The notes beneath the pieces are model-generated. The model was not told where the DNA came from. It worked only from the letters and a program-made list of their open reading frames with translations, and searched no databases. From Candidatus Xenobia bacterium (GTDB lineage: Bacteria; Vulcanimicrobiota; Xenobia; Xenobiales; QWHO01), in contig BTUM01000024.1 in NCBI GenBank assembly GCA_045863235.1, positions 24,820 to 88,819 of the forward strand: a DNA stretch of 64,000 bases. Reading direction: 5' to 3'. Shown piece after piece: positions 48,501 through 57,596 of the stretch (position 1 is the stretch's first letter; the number at the start of each line of letters is the position of its first letter). Made by a program: the position numbers and the translations under genes.

Positions 48501-49845
48501 AGGCCCGGCGCAAAAATCCCTCCAGCTCGTCCACTGTGCGCTCCTCGGTGGCGATGATGGAGACGATCTGCTGGCTCAGAACATCAAGCGCGTTGCGAGG
48601 CACCTTGAGGGGCTCGATGTGGCCCTGGAGCATCTCACGCCCCACCACGGCGCATTCGAGCAGATCGCCCCGGTGCTTGGGATAGAGCCGCCCGATGCTG
48701 ATGGCCCCCACCTGGTGACCGGCCCGCCCCACCCGCTGCAGACCGCGTGCCACCGACTGAGGGGAAGCGATCTGCAACACCAGGTCCACCGCTCCCATAT
48801 CGATGCCCAGCTCCAGCGAGCTGGTGGCCACGATGGCCTTGAGATGGCCCGCCTTGAGCGCTTCCTCCATCTCGCGCCGTTGGCCCTGGCTGATGGAGCC
48901 ATGATGCGAGCGCACCAGCTCGTCTCCAGCCAGCTCGTTGAGGCGGGTGGCCAGCCGCTCGCACATGCCGCGGTTGTTGACGAACAGGATGGTGGAGCGG
49001 TGCGCGTGGATCTCCTCGAGCAGTCGCGGATAAAGCGATTGCAGGAAGCCGGTGGGCTCGTTGGCCTCGCTCTTTTTCAGCTCTTGCAGGATGGAGCCGC
49101 CCTCGGGGGGCGCCTCCATGTCGGCCACCGGCACTCGCACCTTCAAGTCGAGGTGGGGCAGCTCGGTGGTGTCCACCACCTCGACGGCCCGGGCACCGCC
49201 CAGAAAGCGGGCCACCTCGTCCACCGGACGCACCGTGGCCGACAGGCCCACTCGCTGGGGGTCGCGCTGGCAAAGCTCGGACAGTCGCTCCAGGCTGACG
49301 GCGAGGTGCACCCCCCGCTTGGTGCCGGCCACGGCGTGGATCTCGTCCACGATCACGGTTTGCACTGTGCGCAGCGTCTCGCGGGCCTGGGAGCTGAGCA
49401 AGAGGTAGAGGCTCTCGGGCGTGGTCACCAGGATCTCGGCTGGCTCCTTGCGCTGGGCGGCGCGCAGCCTCTGCGGGGTATCGCCCGTGCGGATGTCCAC
49501 TCGGGGCAGGCGGGTGGCGAGTTCGAGGGCCTCGGCCGAGCGGGCGATGCCGATGAGGGGAGCCTGCAAGTTGCGCTCCACATCGTAGACCAGCGCTTTG
49601 AGCGGAGAGAGGTAGAGCAGGCGCACCCCCGGTTTCTCGACCGGCTGCTGGATCAGCCGGTCGATGCCGGCCAGGAAAGCGGCCAGCGTCTTGCCGCTGC
49701 CCGTGGGAGCGAGCAGAAGGGTGTTGTGCCCCTGAACGATGAGCGGCCAGCCTCTTTGTTGCACGGGCGTGGCGGCCGGGAAATTCTGCTGGAACCAGCG
49801 GCAGGTGGCCGGACCGAAGGGCAGGGCTTCAGTCGTCAAGCTCAT
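45571..49845 (-). CDS. lhr: Lhr-family ATP-dependent helicase, full length
   Basis: APTGSGKT, TTPESL, DEIH, GLSAT, SSLELGID, QRVGRAGH, GGTIPDRG, C-terminal DPANPYG. Confidence 0.93.
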   Translation of the reverse strand: MSLTTEALPFGPATCRWFQQNFPAATPVQQRGWPLIVQGHNTLLLAPTGSGKTLAAFLAGIDRLIQQPVEKPGVRLLYLSPLKALVYDVERNLQAPLIGIARSAEALELATRLPRVDIRTGDTPQRLRAAQRKEPAEILVTTPESLYLLLSSQARETLRTVQTVIVDEIHAVAGTKRGVHLAVSLERLSELCQRDPQRVGLSATVRPVDEVARFLGGARAVEVVDTTELPHLDLKVRVPVADMEAPPEGGSILQELKKSEANEPTGFLQSLYPRLLEEIHAHRSTILFVNNRGMCERLATRLNELAGDELVRSHHGSISQGQRREMEEALKAGHLKAIVATSSLELGIDMGAVDLVLQIASPQSVARGLQRVGRAGHQVGAISIGRLYPKHRGDLLECAVVGREMLQGHIEPLKVPRNALDVLSQQIVSIIATEERTVDELEGFLRRAYPYRELTREALHAVLDMLSGRYPSTDFAELRPRLNWDRETGLLTARRGAGSLAMVNGGTIPDRGMYGVHLGPEGPRVGEMDEEMAYEVRRGQNFVLGSTTWRIEEITRDRVVVSPAPGEPGRLPFWRGDGPGRTVELGRALGAFCRELSRQDDPEGWVLQNSPLDELAARNLVAFVQEQLEVTGTLPTDRAITVERFRDELGDWRICILSPFGARVHAPWALAIEGALSQEAGFDVQTVWSDDGIVLRLVEGEVDLEKLFPDPDEAEDLAVDQLSHTGIFASQFRENAGRALLLPRRYPGQRTPLWTQRLKAQALLATASAYPSFPIILETYRSCLQDYFDLPALIELLRSLERREIRVDEVETTAPSPMARSLAFAYQAAYLYEGDTPLAERRAQALTLDRKMLRELLGREDLRSLLDPQVLQELEEELLHRPLRHADDLHDLLRQVGDRTASETRAPREWLVQLEQARRIARLRLGGEERFVAVEDAALYRDGLGASLPGGLPRVFLEPAERPLETLFLRYARTHGPFTTRELAERYALVPGQVEPVLQALADRGRLLSGDFRPGGHALEWLDPDVLRKLKRRTLARLRKQIAPVEPAVLGRFLPSWQGVGSPQRGHNRLREVLAQLEGVALPFSDLERWILPARVKDFQPRMLDEQGASGQLIWVGAGSLGPADGRVAIYRRERFSQLAEPPPPYEGENELAGRILEHLEAKGSSFFFQLPSGNAQDLLQALAELSWKGLITNDTFQPLRLFGRARRRPGRNDPLLTGGRWSLVSSFFEQPPDKTRQAVARAHALLERYGVVSRETAAAERLGSLYGVLKEMEESGQVRRGYFVEGLSGVQFAYSGAVDRLRGCREDEAGVVLLASTDPANPYGAMIPWPECAGRPRRAAGTFVVLRGGEPALYVERNARRVLTFPAFDEKAAAALDELATRARGKILRIEQIDGESAPASKAAPAFRLAGFKGEFTALARML

Positions 49846-49910
49846 GCTAGCCGTTTCGCCGCCAGGACTCGAAGGCCCCTATCGCCCGTTCAGCGAATTC
49901 ATGGGCCAGC

Positions 49911-51530
49911 ATGCTTTCCCCTATCCAGCGCCCCGTCAGCGCAAGTCCGCTCGAAAGGATGCCTCCGCCCGGCTCGGCGACCCGGCTCGAGTCTCCCGAC
50001 GAGGTCGTTCTGAATGGCCGCCCCCAGGCTGCCCCCGAGGTGCCCACCGGCCCCCGCGGATGGCGCAAGGCGGCCATGATCGGGGCCGGAGTCCTGAGCC
50101 TGGCGGGAGGGCTGATGATCGGTGGTCCCCAGGTCCCGGCTTTGATGCTGGCCCAACAGTCCTCGGCCGAGCTGGTGGCCGGCATGGCCCATCCCGGCAC
50201 CAGCGCTCAGGAGCTCAAGACGCTGCAGAATTCGCTGCGCTCTGTGGACCTCCAGGTGCTCTCGCTCCTTTCGCGGCACGGGCTCAAGGTGCAGGTGGTG
50301 CATGAGGGGCAGGACCTTGTTCAAACGGGAGTCCTGCGCGAGCAGACCCCGCAAGACTACGAGCGGCGCAAGGACGAGATCACCGGTTTCGTCGCCCGCC
50401 TCAACCAGGAAAGCCAACAGCGCTTCGACGGGCCCATGCAGACGCTCGAGCAAGAGCGCGACCGCCTGGCGGCACGCATCGGGGTGTCTCCCATGCCTCT
50501 GGCCATGGCCGGACACTATCCCGGCGGCTTTGGCGGTTTCGGGGGGGCACCGCCCCGGTTGACCCCCGATCAGCAGGCCATGCAAGACCTCAACGTCCAG
50601 CTGGGCAAGTTGAGCAGCGAGAAGAACGGCTTTCTCTACGAGCAGACGGCTCTGTCGGATCTGAACGTCAAGCCCTTCAACTACCCGATCCGGCTCGAGC
50701 AGATCGGCAACATGATGGGCCTGGTGCAGATGATGCACGCCCAGTTCCCCACCACCGTGCACCAGATGGCGGCGGTCAACGGGGCCAGGACGCCCGAGCA
50801 GATTCAGGAGTTTTCGCGCCTGGTGGAGCTGATCAACGGCGAGCGCCTGGTGCAGGCTCGCGAGCACGCCCTGGCTCAGTATGAGCAGGGGGCCCGGGCC
50901 ATGGGCAAGCCCATGGGCGCGGCTACGCTGGAGGCGGCTCGCAAGCATCCCGAGCGGATCCCCATCGACCACCGCAGATTCAACATCCTGGTGCCGGACC
51001 TGATCTACACCGAGGTGGGCGGGAAGGTCATGCGCCTGGACGAGCACGACTGGGGCACGGTGCAGAGCTGGGCCCATCCGGATGGCAGGCTCAAGAGTGG
51101 CAAGGACGCCGATGGCGAGCCGGACGGAACGATGGGCCAGTACTTCTGGAAGGGAGGTGTGAACCAGGCTCTGGTCCGCGACTTCCGCCTCACCGCCACG
51201 ACTCCCGTGCACGAGTTCGGCCACGCGCTCGACTTCCTGGTCGAGAAGCTCGACCCGTCCTGGCACAAGACCTGGTATGCCGAGGTGGGCAAGGCCTTCG
51301 ACCAGGTGGGCCGCGAGGGCGGCACCCGGGCCATCACCGACTACTCGCGCTCCAACCTGCGCGAGTACATCGGGGACGGCTTCATGCTCTACCACTCCGA
51401 GCCCGAGGTTCTCAAGAGCAAGGACCCGGCTCTCTATCAGCGCATCCAGGAGCTGCTCGACAAGGCACGTGAGCTGGCCGGCGGCCGAGAAAGGACCACG
51501 CTGGGGGACATTCTGCGCGGCTGGCGCTAA
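49911..51530 (+). CDS. Membrane-anchored protein with zincin (HEXXH) domain
   Basis: One TM; VHEFGHALD, ITDYSRSNLREYIGDGF, DPALY. Confidence 0.7.
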   Translation: MLSPIQRPVSASPLERMPPPGSATRLESPDEVVLNGRPQAAPEVPTGPRGWRKAAMIGAGVLSLAGGLMIGGPQVPALMLAQQSSAELVAGMAHPGTSAQELKTLQNSLRSVDLQVLSLLSRHGLKVQVVHEGQDLVQTGVLREQTPQDYERRKDEITGFVARLNQESQQRFDGPMQTLEQERDRLAARIGVSPMPLAMAGHYPGGFGGFGGAPPRLTPDQQAMQDLNVQLGKLSSEKNGFLYEQTALSDLNVKPFNYPIRLEQIGNMMGLVQMMHAQFPTTVHQMAAVNGARTPEQIQEFSRLVELINGERLVQAREHALAQYEQGARAMGKPMGAATLEAARKHPERIPIDHRRFNILVPDLIYTEVGGKVMRLDEHDWGTVQSWAHPDGRLKSGKDADGEPDGTMGQYFWKGGVNQALVRDFRLTATTPVHEFGHALDFLVEKLDPSWHKTWYAEVGKAFDQVGREGGTRAITDYSRSNLREYIGDGFMLYHSEPEVLKSKDPALYQRIQELLDKARELAGGRERTTLGDILRGWR

Positions 51531-51544
51531 GGCGCGGCGCCGTT

Positions 51545-51650
51545 CTAATGTGCTCGCACTTTGGTTTTGCACATTAGCACAATCTGACGAACGCGCCGGA
51601 ACTGCGTTCCAGCGCGTTGTAAAGTGCAAGACCAAAGGCCTTGCACTTTA
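51545..51650. repeat. Three consecutive hairpins forming a composite palindrome
   Basis: Stems at 51545-51577, 51590-51618 and 51620-51650 between convergent genes. Confidence 0.75.
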
Positions 51651-51656
51651 GTCCTT

Positions 51657-52751
51657 CTAACGCCCGCTGGGCATCCAGTCGTAGGAGTCTCCCAGCGTGC
51701 CGTCCTGATAGCGAATCCCCGCCGGGCTGTAGGGAAAGCCCTGCGGATGGATCTGCGCCTGACAGCTGAGGGCCGCGACCCCGAGTTGGTCCAGGTTGAA
51801 GAGCTCTGCCTCACGGGAGATCCCGTCCTGGTCAGCATCGTTCCAAACTGCGAGCCCCTCCAGCTCGGGCCCGGCCAACCAGCCGTCGCCGTCATCGTCG
51901 AGGGCGCTCATGGCCTCGTAGCCGTCGCGCCAGAAGACCCACCAGGAGACGCTGCCCAGGAGCTGGAGCCCTGAGCGGATGCCGGGGGAGCTTCGGCGGT
52001 AGACCAGCCAGCCGGCCCGGGGCGTGACCCAGCCCCAATTGCGCGGTCCGGTTCCGTCCAGGTCGAAGCTCACGGCGGCCGCCGGGTCGACCAGTTCTTC
52101 GAAGGTCAGCCCCCGCTCGAGCGGGATCAGCACCGGGGTAATGGCCCGCGGTAGACGCTGCAAAGCCTGCATCTTCTGGTTGAGCTCGGCGATCTCGGCG
52201 GCGTCCTTCTTGGGATCGAGGAGCGAGAGCAGATAGCGTCCCGTCTCTTCGGCCAGCGAGGTGGTGAAGAGCGGGCCTTCCTTCTTCATCTGAGCCGGGT
52301 AGGCCAGTTTGAAGGTCTCGCGGTAGCCGGCCAGGGCTGCCGGCTTGTCGCCCGACTGCTGCAGGCACCAACTCAGCCCGAGCCGGGCGCTGAGGTTGCC
52401 CGGATCGAGCTTGACCGCCTGACGGTAGGCGGCGATCGCCTTGCTCAGGTGCTGCCTTCGTTTGGCCGCCGCATCCGGGGCCGGGGGCGCGGGGGGAACC
52501 CCCTGGTCGAACCGCCCGAAATAGGGATCTTGCTCACCCTTGCGCACTCTGACCGCGCTCAGCCCCTGAGCGTAGGCCAGCGAGTGCACCCGGCCCAACA
52601 GATAGAGCGCGTGGGCGTCTTTGCTCCCGCGCTTCTCCAGGTTGGCGATCATGCGGTCGGTGGGGACGTCCACCAGGTCTTCTTGCACCGCTTCGCCCCG
52701 GGCATTGGCGATGAGCAGGCAGATCAGGAGGAGGAGACAGGCTCGCTTCAT
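51657..52751 (-). CDS. Secreted TPR protein with FrpC self-processing-module-like domain, paralog 1
   Basis: Signal peptide, TPRs, TPVLIPL..FDLDGTG..GWV..GYEAMSALDDDGDG..VWNDADQDGIS. Confidence 0.8.
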   Translation of the reverse strand: MKRACLLLLICLLIANARGEAVQEDLVDVPTDRMIANLEKRGSKDAHALYLLGRVHSLAYAQGLSAVRVRKGEQDPYFGRFDQGVPPAPPAPDAAAKRRQHLSKAIAAYRQAVKLDPGNLSARLGLSWCLQQSGDKPAALAGYRETFKLAYPAQMKKEGPLFTTSLAEETGRYLLSLLDPKKDAAEIAELNQKMQALQRLPRAITPVLIPLERGLTFEELVDPAAAVSFDLDGTGPRNWGWVTPRAGWLVYRRSSPGIRSGLQLLGSVSWWVFWRDGYEAMSALDDDGDGWLAGPELEGLAVWNDADQDGISREAELFNLDQLGVAALSCQAQIHPQGFPYSPAGIRYQDGTLGDSYDWMPSGR

Positions 52752-52814
52752 GGGCCGCTACTTCTCCTTGATTCCTTTCAGTTTCCTTTGGGTCCGGCAG
52801 TGCATCATGGAGCG

Positions 52815-53768
52815 GTGCTCAAGCCCATCATGTACGGGGTCGAGGTTGAGTTTGACGGACAGCGCCTCCATGCCGCAGGCAGCGGCAAAGGCGAGACGGT
52901 TCGAGTGGCCGCGCTGGACTCCAACTGGGATCGTCAGTTCGAGTTCGGCCGCGACGAGGTTCTCTTTCGCAAGCCAGAGGACGGTCGTCCGATCACCCGC
53001 CAGGACCTGGAGGCTTTCAACAACAAGGAGGCCCTGAAGGGGCTCGACCAGGAGCGACTGGAGTCGAGTGGTCTGGCGCTGGCTCGCGCCAACGACAGGG
53101 GCGAGTTTTTGCTGAACCCCGGTGCCCCGGCCCGCATCTGGGCCCGGATGCGGGGCGCGAAGCCTGGCTCCTGGTTGAGCCTGGCCGACAAGACGAGGGC
53201 CGCCTCGGATGCCCATCGCACCTACCGGGTCGGGGTGGACCCGCGAGGGGACGCTCTGGATCAGAAGTACGTCTTCAATCCAAAATCTTATCAGGGCTAT
53301 GTGGACGACATGCGCAAGATGAAGATGCGTAACGGTCTGATCGCGGCCGCCGGTCTGGGCACCTTCGCCCTGGCTTACAGCCAGCAGGCGGCCGGGGCCT
53401 TTGCTCTGGTCGGTATCGGCGGACTGCTGGTGGGAGCCGCTGCCGGGTTGACGCTGATGATGTCGACCTTTTACCCGTGGGTCTTCAATCCCGGGACCGA
53501 GGCCTACCAGGACTGGACCTACATGCATCCGGAAGGCTTCCGCATCGCCGATTTCGAGCAGGCGAACAACCAGTCGGCTCTGAAGATTGAGGCCGACACC
53601 GGCCAGCAGAGATTGTCCGAGTATTTCCTGGGGCGTCGAGAGACGGAAGACCTGCTCACTCGCTATCTGGAGCCAAAGAGCGAGCTGGTTGCTCAGAAGG
53701 ACGGTTACGTCGTCATCGGTGGGGTGCGCGTCAAGCGACAGAGCCTGACCGAGTACACTCCGAGGTAG
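52815..53768 (+). CDS. Hypothetical membrane protein (2 TM)
   Basis: Divergent ORF with two TM helices; ends DGYVVIGGVRV. Confidence 0.65.
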   Translation: MLKPIMYGVEVEFDGQRLHAAGSGKGETVRVAALDSNWDRQFEFGRDEVLFRKPEDGRPITRQDLEAFNNKEALKGLDQERLESSGLALARANDRGEFLLNPGAPARIWARMRGAKPGSWLSLADKTRAASDAHRTYRVGVDPRGDALDQKYVFNPKSYQGYVDDMRKMKMRNGLIAAAGLGTFALAYSQQAAGAFALVGIGGLLVGAAAGLTLMMSTFYPWVFNPGTEAYQDWTYMHPEGFRIADFEQANNQSALKIEADTGQQRLSEYFLGRRETEDLLTRYLEPKSELVAQKDGYVVIGGVRVKRQSLTEYTPR

Positions 53769-53769
53769 C

Positions 53770-54930
53770 TCAAGGGCTCCAGGGGTGGCCGCAGGAGCAG
53801 TGGTAGGCCCGGAGTGCTACCGGCTTGTGGCAAGAAGGGCAGCTGACCAGTTCGAGCCCCTCGTTCTCCCAGGCGAAGAGCTTCAAGCTATCCGGTCGAA
53901 GTTGATAGCCCAGTGCCCGCCCCTTCCAGAGCACGCCTTTCACGATGCTCTCCGGGTCTGGCTGGACTGGCATGACCAGCCGCCTGGTCAACTTGTGACT
54001 GGGGTGAGTGCCGATCAGCTGCCCCCCGACCGGGACGAATTCGAGCGAGTTGGGCGGAACCGGGCCGAGCGCCAGGCAACGCTCCACCTCGGCATCCTCC
54101 GGCGGGCCGCCCACGATGGCCGTGTAGGCCCGATTGCCTTCCATGTCAATGACCCACTGGGCGCGGGAGACCTTGTTATCCTCCGAGGTGACCCGGCCCT
54201 CCACGACCAGTTGCCCGGGGGTGCTGACCAGTGGCTCGTCGACGGACACCGAGTTCCTGGTCGGAAACAACTTCCAGCGGGGCTGGCCGTCGAACCTCAT
54301 GATCAGCATGCCTGCCACGGGCGGCAGGGTCTCATGGAAGGCGCGATAGGTTCCCAGGACCCCCACCGGGGTGACCGCCAGCAACTCCACGGCGGCTCGT
54401 GTGCCCTTCTTGCCAGGGAGAGGCCACTCTCCGAGCACGCGGCCCGTTTCGGAGTCCAACCAGGTCACCCAGTCACCCAGGAGAAGGAGAACTCCATCCG
54501 GCAGCCAGGCGGCCGAAATCGTTGTGCGGCCGGCCCGGGGAGGCCAGGGCGGGTGCCCGATGTTGCGGTTCCAGATCGGCTCGAGAAGGGGGATGCGGGG
54601 GTCGACCTCGTCGCTCAGCTCTTCGCTCCAGGCGATGGTGCAGCGGAGAGGGTGGACGCTCAGGCGGTAGCACCGGCTCGGATCCTCGCGCTCCAGGGTA
54701 ATCTCCAGGCGGTCGGCCACCCGGTGGGCTTCGAGGGGCTCATTGCGGTCACGCCGCTCTTGCAGGAAGGGCTCGAGGATGTGGAGCTCTTTGGAAAGGG
54801 GCCGCAGGGGCTGATCCCCGATCCAGAAGATCTCCTCCATGACGTGCACCGAGACCGCGCCGCCGGCCTCCACCAGAAAGGGAACTTTCGGGTTCTTCTT
54901 GGTCTTGCTCTCAAAGAGCTTCTTGAGCAC
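53770..54930 (-). CDS. Hypothetical protein with C-terminal Zn ribbon
   Basis: CPSC..HCSCGH tail. Confidence 0.65.
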   Translation of the reverse strand: MLKKLFESKTKKNPKVPFLVEAGGAVSVHVMEEIFWIGDQPLRPLSKELHILEPFLQERRDRNEPLEAHRVADRLEITLEREDPSRCYRLSVHPLRCTIAWSEELSDEVDPRIPLLEPIWNRNIGHPPWPPRAGRTTISAAWLPDGVLLLLGDWVTWLDSETGRVLGEWPLPGKKGTRAAVELLAVTPVGVLGTYRAFHETLPPVAGMLIMRFDGQPRWKLFPTRNSVSVDEPLVSTPGQLVVEGRVTSEDNKVSRAQWVIDMEGNRAYTAIVGGPPEDAEVERCLALGPVPPNSLEFVPVGGQLIGTHPSHKLTRRLVMPVQPDPESIVKGVLWKGRALGYQLRPDSLKLFAWENEGLELVSCPSCHKPVALRAYHCSCGHPWSP

Positions 54931-55347
54931 GCCCTTACCCCTCGTCAACCCCGCCTGTGCCTGGCCCTGGAAAGCTCGGAAGGTGGCAGGGCCTCTACGT
55001 TCTCCTTGAAGCGTGTGCTTGTGAGACAGTTTCTCGAAGGGGCGTTTCGCTCGAGGGGTGAAAAGACCTTCGCACTCGGAATCGAGCGTTCAGGTCTTCG
55101 TCGAGATGGGATAAACGGGCCGGTTCGGGAACACACTCCCATGCCGTTCCTATCAGGAGGGGCCGCACGAGGCCTCCCACCGGTCCTGGCCAGCGGCTGC
55201 GCGAAGCCTCTAGCAACAATATGTTGGGCGTCGCGCAGTCGGAAACTGTGTCAAGGGGTTTCCGACCGCGCTCCCAGGCCTTGGCCTTGCACGCACCCAC
55301 GCGGGCCCTGGCTTCCCGACCGGTCTTTCTTGTGGCACTATAGGAAG

Positions 55348-56049
55348 ATGAGAAGGCTCGGTCTGGTTCTGCTCGTCATCCTGCTTGTCATCCTGGTGCC
55401 CGCAGATGCGAAAAAGCCGCGCGACCTGCGATGGGTGGACACTTACGCACTCGCAGCGCCTACCGAGGCGGAGAAGGATCTCGAGACGCTGGCTCGCTAC
55501 CTGGCCGGCAAGACAGCCGAGGAGCGCCAGATTCGCTACAGTGGGACGGCGCGAGATCTGTATTACATCGAGAGGTGGGATGAGGAGAGGGCTCGAGCCA
55601 TCTACCGCTGGATCACCGATCGAATCGTCTACCACGACCCTTCCGCCAAGGAGCTAAGCAAGCGCCCCGCGGGCCACAGTCCCTCCGGCAAGAGGTGGGG
55701 TTACAAGGATGTATTCAATGCCGAGCACATCCTCAAAACCCGAGCGACGAACTGCTTTGGCTACTCCGTCCTGTACCAGGCCCTGGCCAATGAGTCGGGC
55801 CTGAAATCCGATCTGATGCTCGGTTATTATGCGGATGGCGAGGGTCACGCCTGGAACGAGGTCAGGATCGGCATCGTTCGAATGGGGGTGGACGCGACCT
55901 GGGGCGCCGAGCCAGGCGAGTATCAGAACTGGTGCCTGGTCCCCCTGGGCCAGTTTCGAAAGACGCACCTGCTCGAAGACCCCGATCCCGAACCCGGGTA
56001 CGTCCCAGAATGGCTTACCGTGCCCTGGACCGACGGCTATCAGTACTGA
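55348..56049 (+). CDS. Secreted transglutaminase-like protein
   Basis: Signal peptide; RAIYRWI, NCFGYS, HAWNEV, VDATW triad. Confidence 0.85.
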   Translation: MRRLGLVLLVILLVILVPADAKKPRDLRWVDTYALAAPTEAEKDLETLARYLAGKTAEERQIRYSGTARDLYYIERWDEERARAIYRWITDRIVYHDPSAKELSKRPAGHSPSGKRWGYKDVFNAEHILKTRATNCFGYSVLYQALANESGLKSDLMLGYYADGEGHAWNEVRIGIVRMGVDATWGAEPGEYQNWCLVPLGQFRKTHLLEDPDPEPGYVPEWLTVPWTDGYQY

Positions 56050-56496
56050 CCGCCGGGCCTGAGAGCAGGCCAGACAGGCCGCGGTCCATCCACACGAAAT
56101 CTGCCAAGTGGCGACATTCAGCTTCCAACGAGACGCACAGGTGCCCCGTCCGCCCCCGAGAACACCGCTGCATGGTCTACCGGCTCCACGAGCCTACAAG
56201 GCGATGTCTACGTGCTCGAGCAGCCCCTCAGCTTTCTCGGCATGCAGATCTGCGTGCGGAGCCCATCACTGTGGACCCGAAACGGGGTCGGTGAGGCCCA
56301 GACGGACCCTGAGATGGGAATTTCCAGGGGCTCGGGCGGCCGGGGATCGCCGCCCAGCGGCTCCGTCCATTGGGAGCTTTCTCGACTTTCCTTGTTTGCG
56401 ACTGGGGTGACCGGTGGGGTTGGCGAATCAGCCGTGATAGGAGACTGTTTGCTGTCTGGATCAGGGAATATGCTGAGCCAGGTCGGCCAGAGATAC

Positions 56497-56525
56497 TTTA
56501 CACGCCAGTGATCCTGGGGTAGCAT
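56497..56525 (+). promoter_or_regulatory. Sigma70 promoter, probably leaderless transcript
   Basis: TTTACA-N17-TAGCAT ending 6 nt before ATG 56532. Confidence 0.55.
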
Positions 56526-56531
56526 GGATAC

Positions 56532-56792
56532 ATGCCATCAAAAAGTGATATCAAGAAGAGCCGCCAGACTGTATCGTGTCGGCTCGGATTGTCCGTCTAC
56601 ACGCGGGCGGTTGCACTGGCCGACAAGCGCAAGGTCAGCCTGAACAGTCTGCTCAACGAAGCCCTCCTGCAACTCCTCAAGCAAAGCGATGAGGCAATGC
56701 TTGTCGAGGGATTCGAGCAACTGGCGGACGACTCCGATGTGGAGTTCGCCCATGCGGCACAGGCGGAGGTCGTCCTTGGCAAAGAGTCCTGA
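56532..56792 (+). CDS. Antitoxin, ribbon-helix-helix type
   Basis: TVSCRL..KVSLNSLLNEAL, acidic tail; overlaps toxin start. Confidence 0.75.
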   Translation: MPSKSDIKKSRQTVSCRLGLSVYTRAVALADKRKVSLNSLLNEALLQLLKQSDEAMLVEGFEQLADDSDVEFAHAAQAEVVLGKES

Positions 56793-57132
56793 ACGAGGAG
56801 AGATCTGGTGGGTCGATTGGTCGCCTGGACGCGGATCAGAACAGACCGGACGACGACCCGCCGTGGTGATACAGACCGATGCCGGCAACAAGAATCCGCG
56901 CTATCCGAACACCATCGTGATTACGGTCAGCACAGCCGGGCGCCCGGTCCCGACGCACGTGGAGCTGTTCCCCAACCGCCGAAACGGTTTGAGGTCCACC
57001 AGCTACGTCAAGGCCGAGCAGGTCATGACGGTCTCCAAGGATAGACTGGAGAGCCGTCTTGGTCGCCTGGACTCGGAGGAGCTGTCCAGGGTCGAGCGAG
57101 CAGTGCTCATGTCTTTAGGGTTCGGGGCCTAA
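56776..57132 (+). CDS. mazF: PemK/MazF family toxin
   Basis: GGAGG RBS with TTG start; RGEIWWVD, GSEQTGRRPAVVIQ, NGL..S.VKAEQV. Confidence 0.9.
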   Translation: MAKSPERGEIWWVDWSPGRGSEQTGRRPAVVIQTDAGNKNPRYPNTIVITVSTAGRPVPTHVELFPNRRNGLRSTSYVKAEQVMTVSKDRLESRLGRLDSEELSRVERAVLMSLGFGA

Positions 57133-57241
57133 GGGCCCGTCATGAAATAAGTCATGCGATCCAGCGGATCCTGAAGGATTTTCATCAGGGCATAGCGACT
57201 CCAATGCTGCTGGCCGCCTTCAGGTTTTGATTAGAACCAGC

Positions 57242-57500
57242 ATGGATGTTGCGGCAGACCGTCTCTTCGTCTCGAACTCAGGCACCGGAGCCATTTATGT
57301 CTACGACAACGCCTCCACCTTGAATCTGGAGGCGGCGCCCGACCGCATCATCGCGTGACCCGCCACCGGGCTTTCAACGCCCGACGGGCTGTTCATCAAT
57401 CCGGCCAACCAGCGTCTTTATGTGGGAGACCAATCGGCCAGGGTGCTCGTTTTCGCCCAGGCCGACTCGGCCACGGGCAACGTGGCTCCAAGCGTCTCCA
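57242..57500 (+). pseudogene. NHL/beta-propeller gene fragment with in-frame TGA
   Basis: DRLFVSNSGTGAIYVYDNASTLN..APDRIIA*PATGLSTPDGL..RLYVGD..VLVFAQADSATGNVAP. Confidence 0.7.
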
Positions 57501-57596
57501 GAATGGGGACGTCGCTGGCGCAGGCCGAGTTCGACGCCCTGGTCGTTGCTGGCCCAATCCCAGTGGCCGATGCCGTTGGCGCAGTGCTTAACGAGA

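Noticed and set aside
16291..49845. DUF1998 and Lhr helicases as a DISARM-type defence system
   Set aside because: They are far apart, lack partner genes and look like housekeeping repair helicases
46921..50013. 1030-aa + strand ORF
   Set aside because: Antisense shadow of lhr
54945..55142. 65-aa ORF with a nearby hairpin
   Set aside because: No protein-like features and no evidence beyond an open frame
53785..55347. N-terminal extension of the transglutaminase-like ORF
   Set aside because: Antisense to 53770-54930; the signal peptide starts at 55348
57356..57358. Selenocysteine or TGA recoding
   Set aside because: TGA is the normal stop in many genes here, and the context suggests Gly rather than Cys
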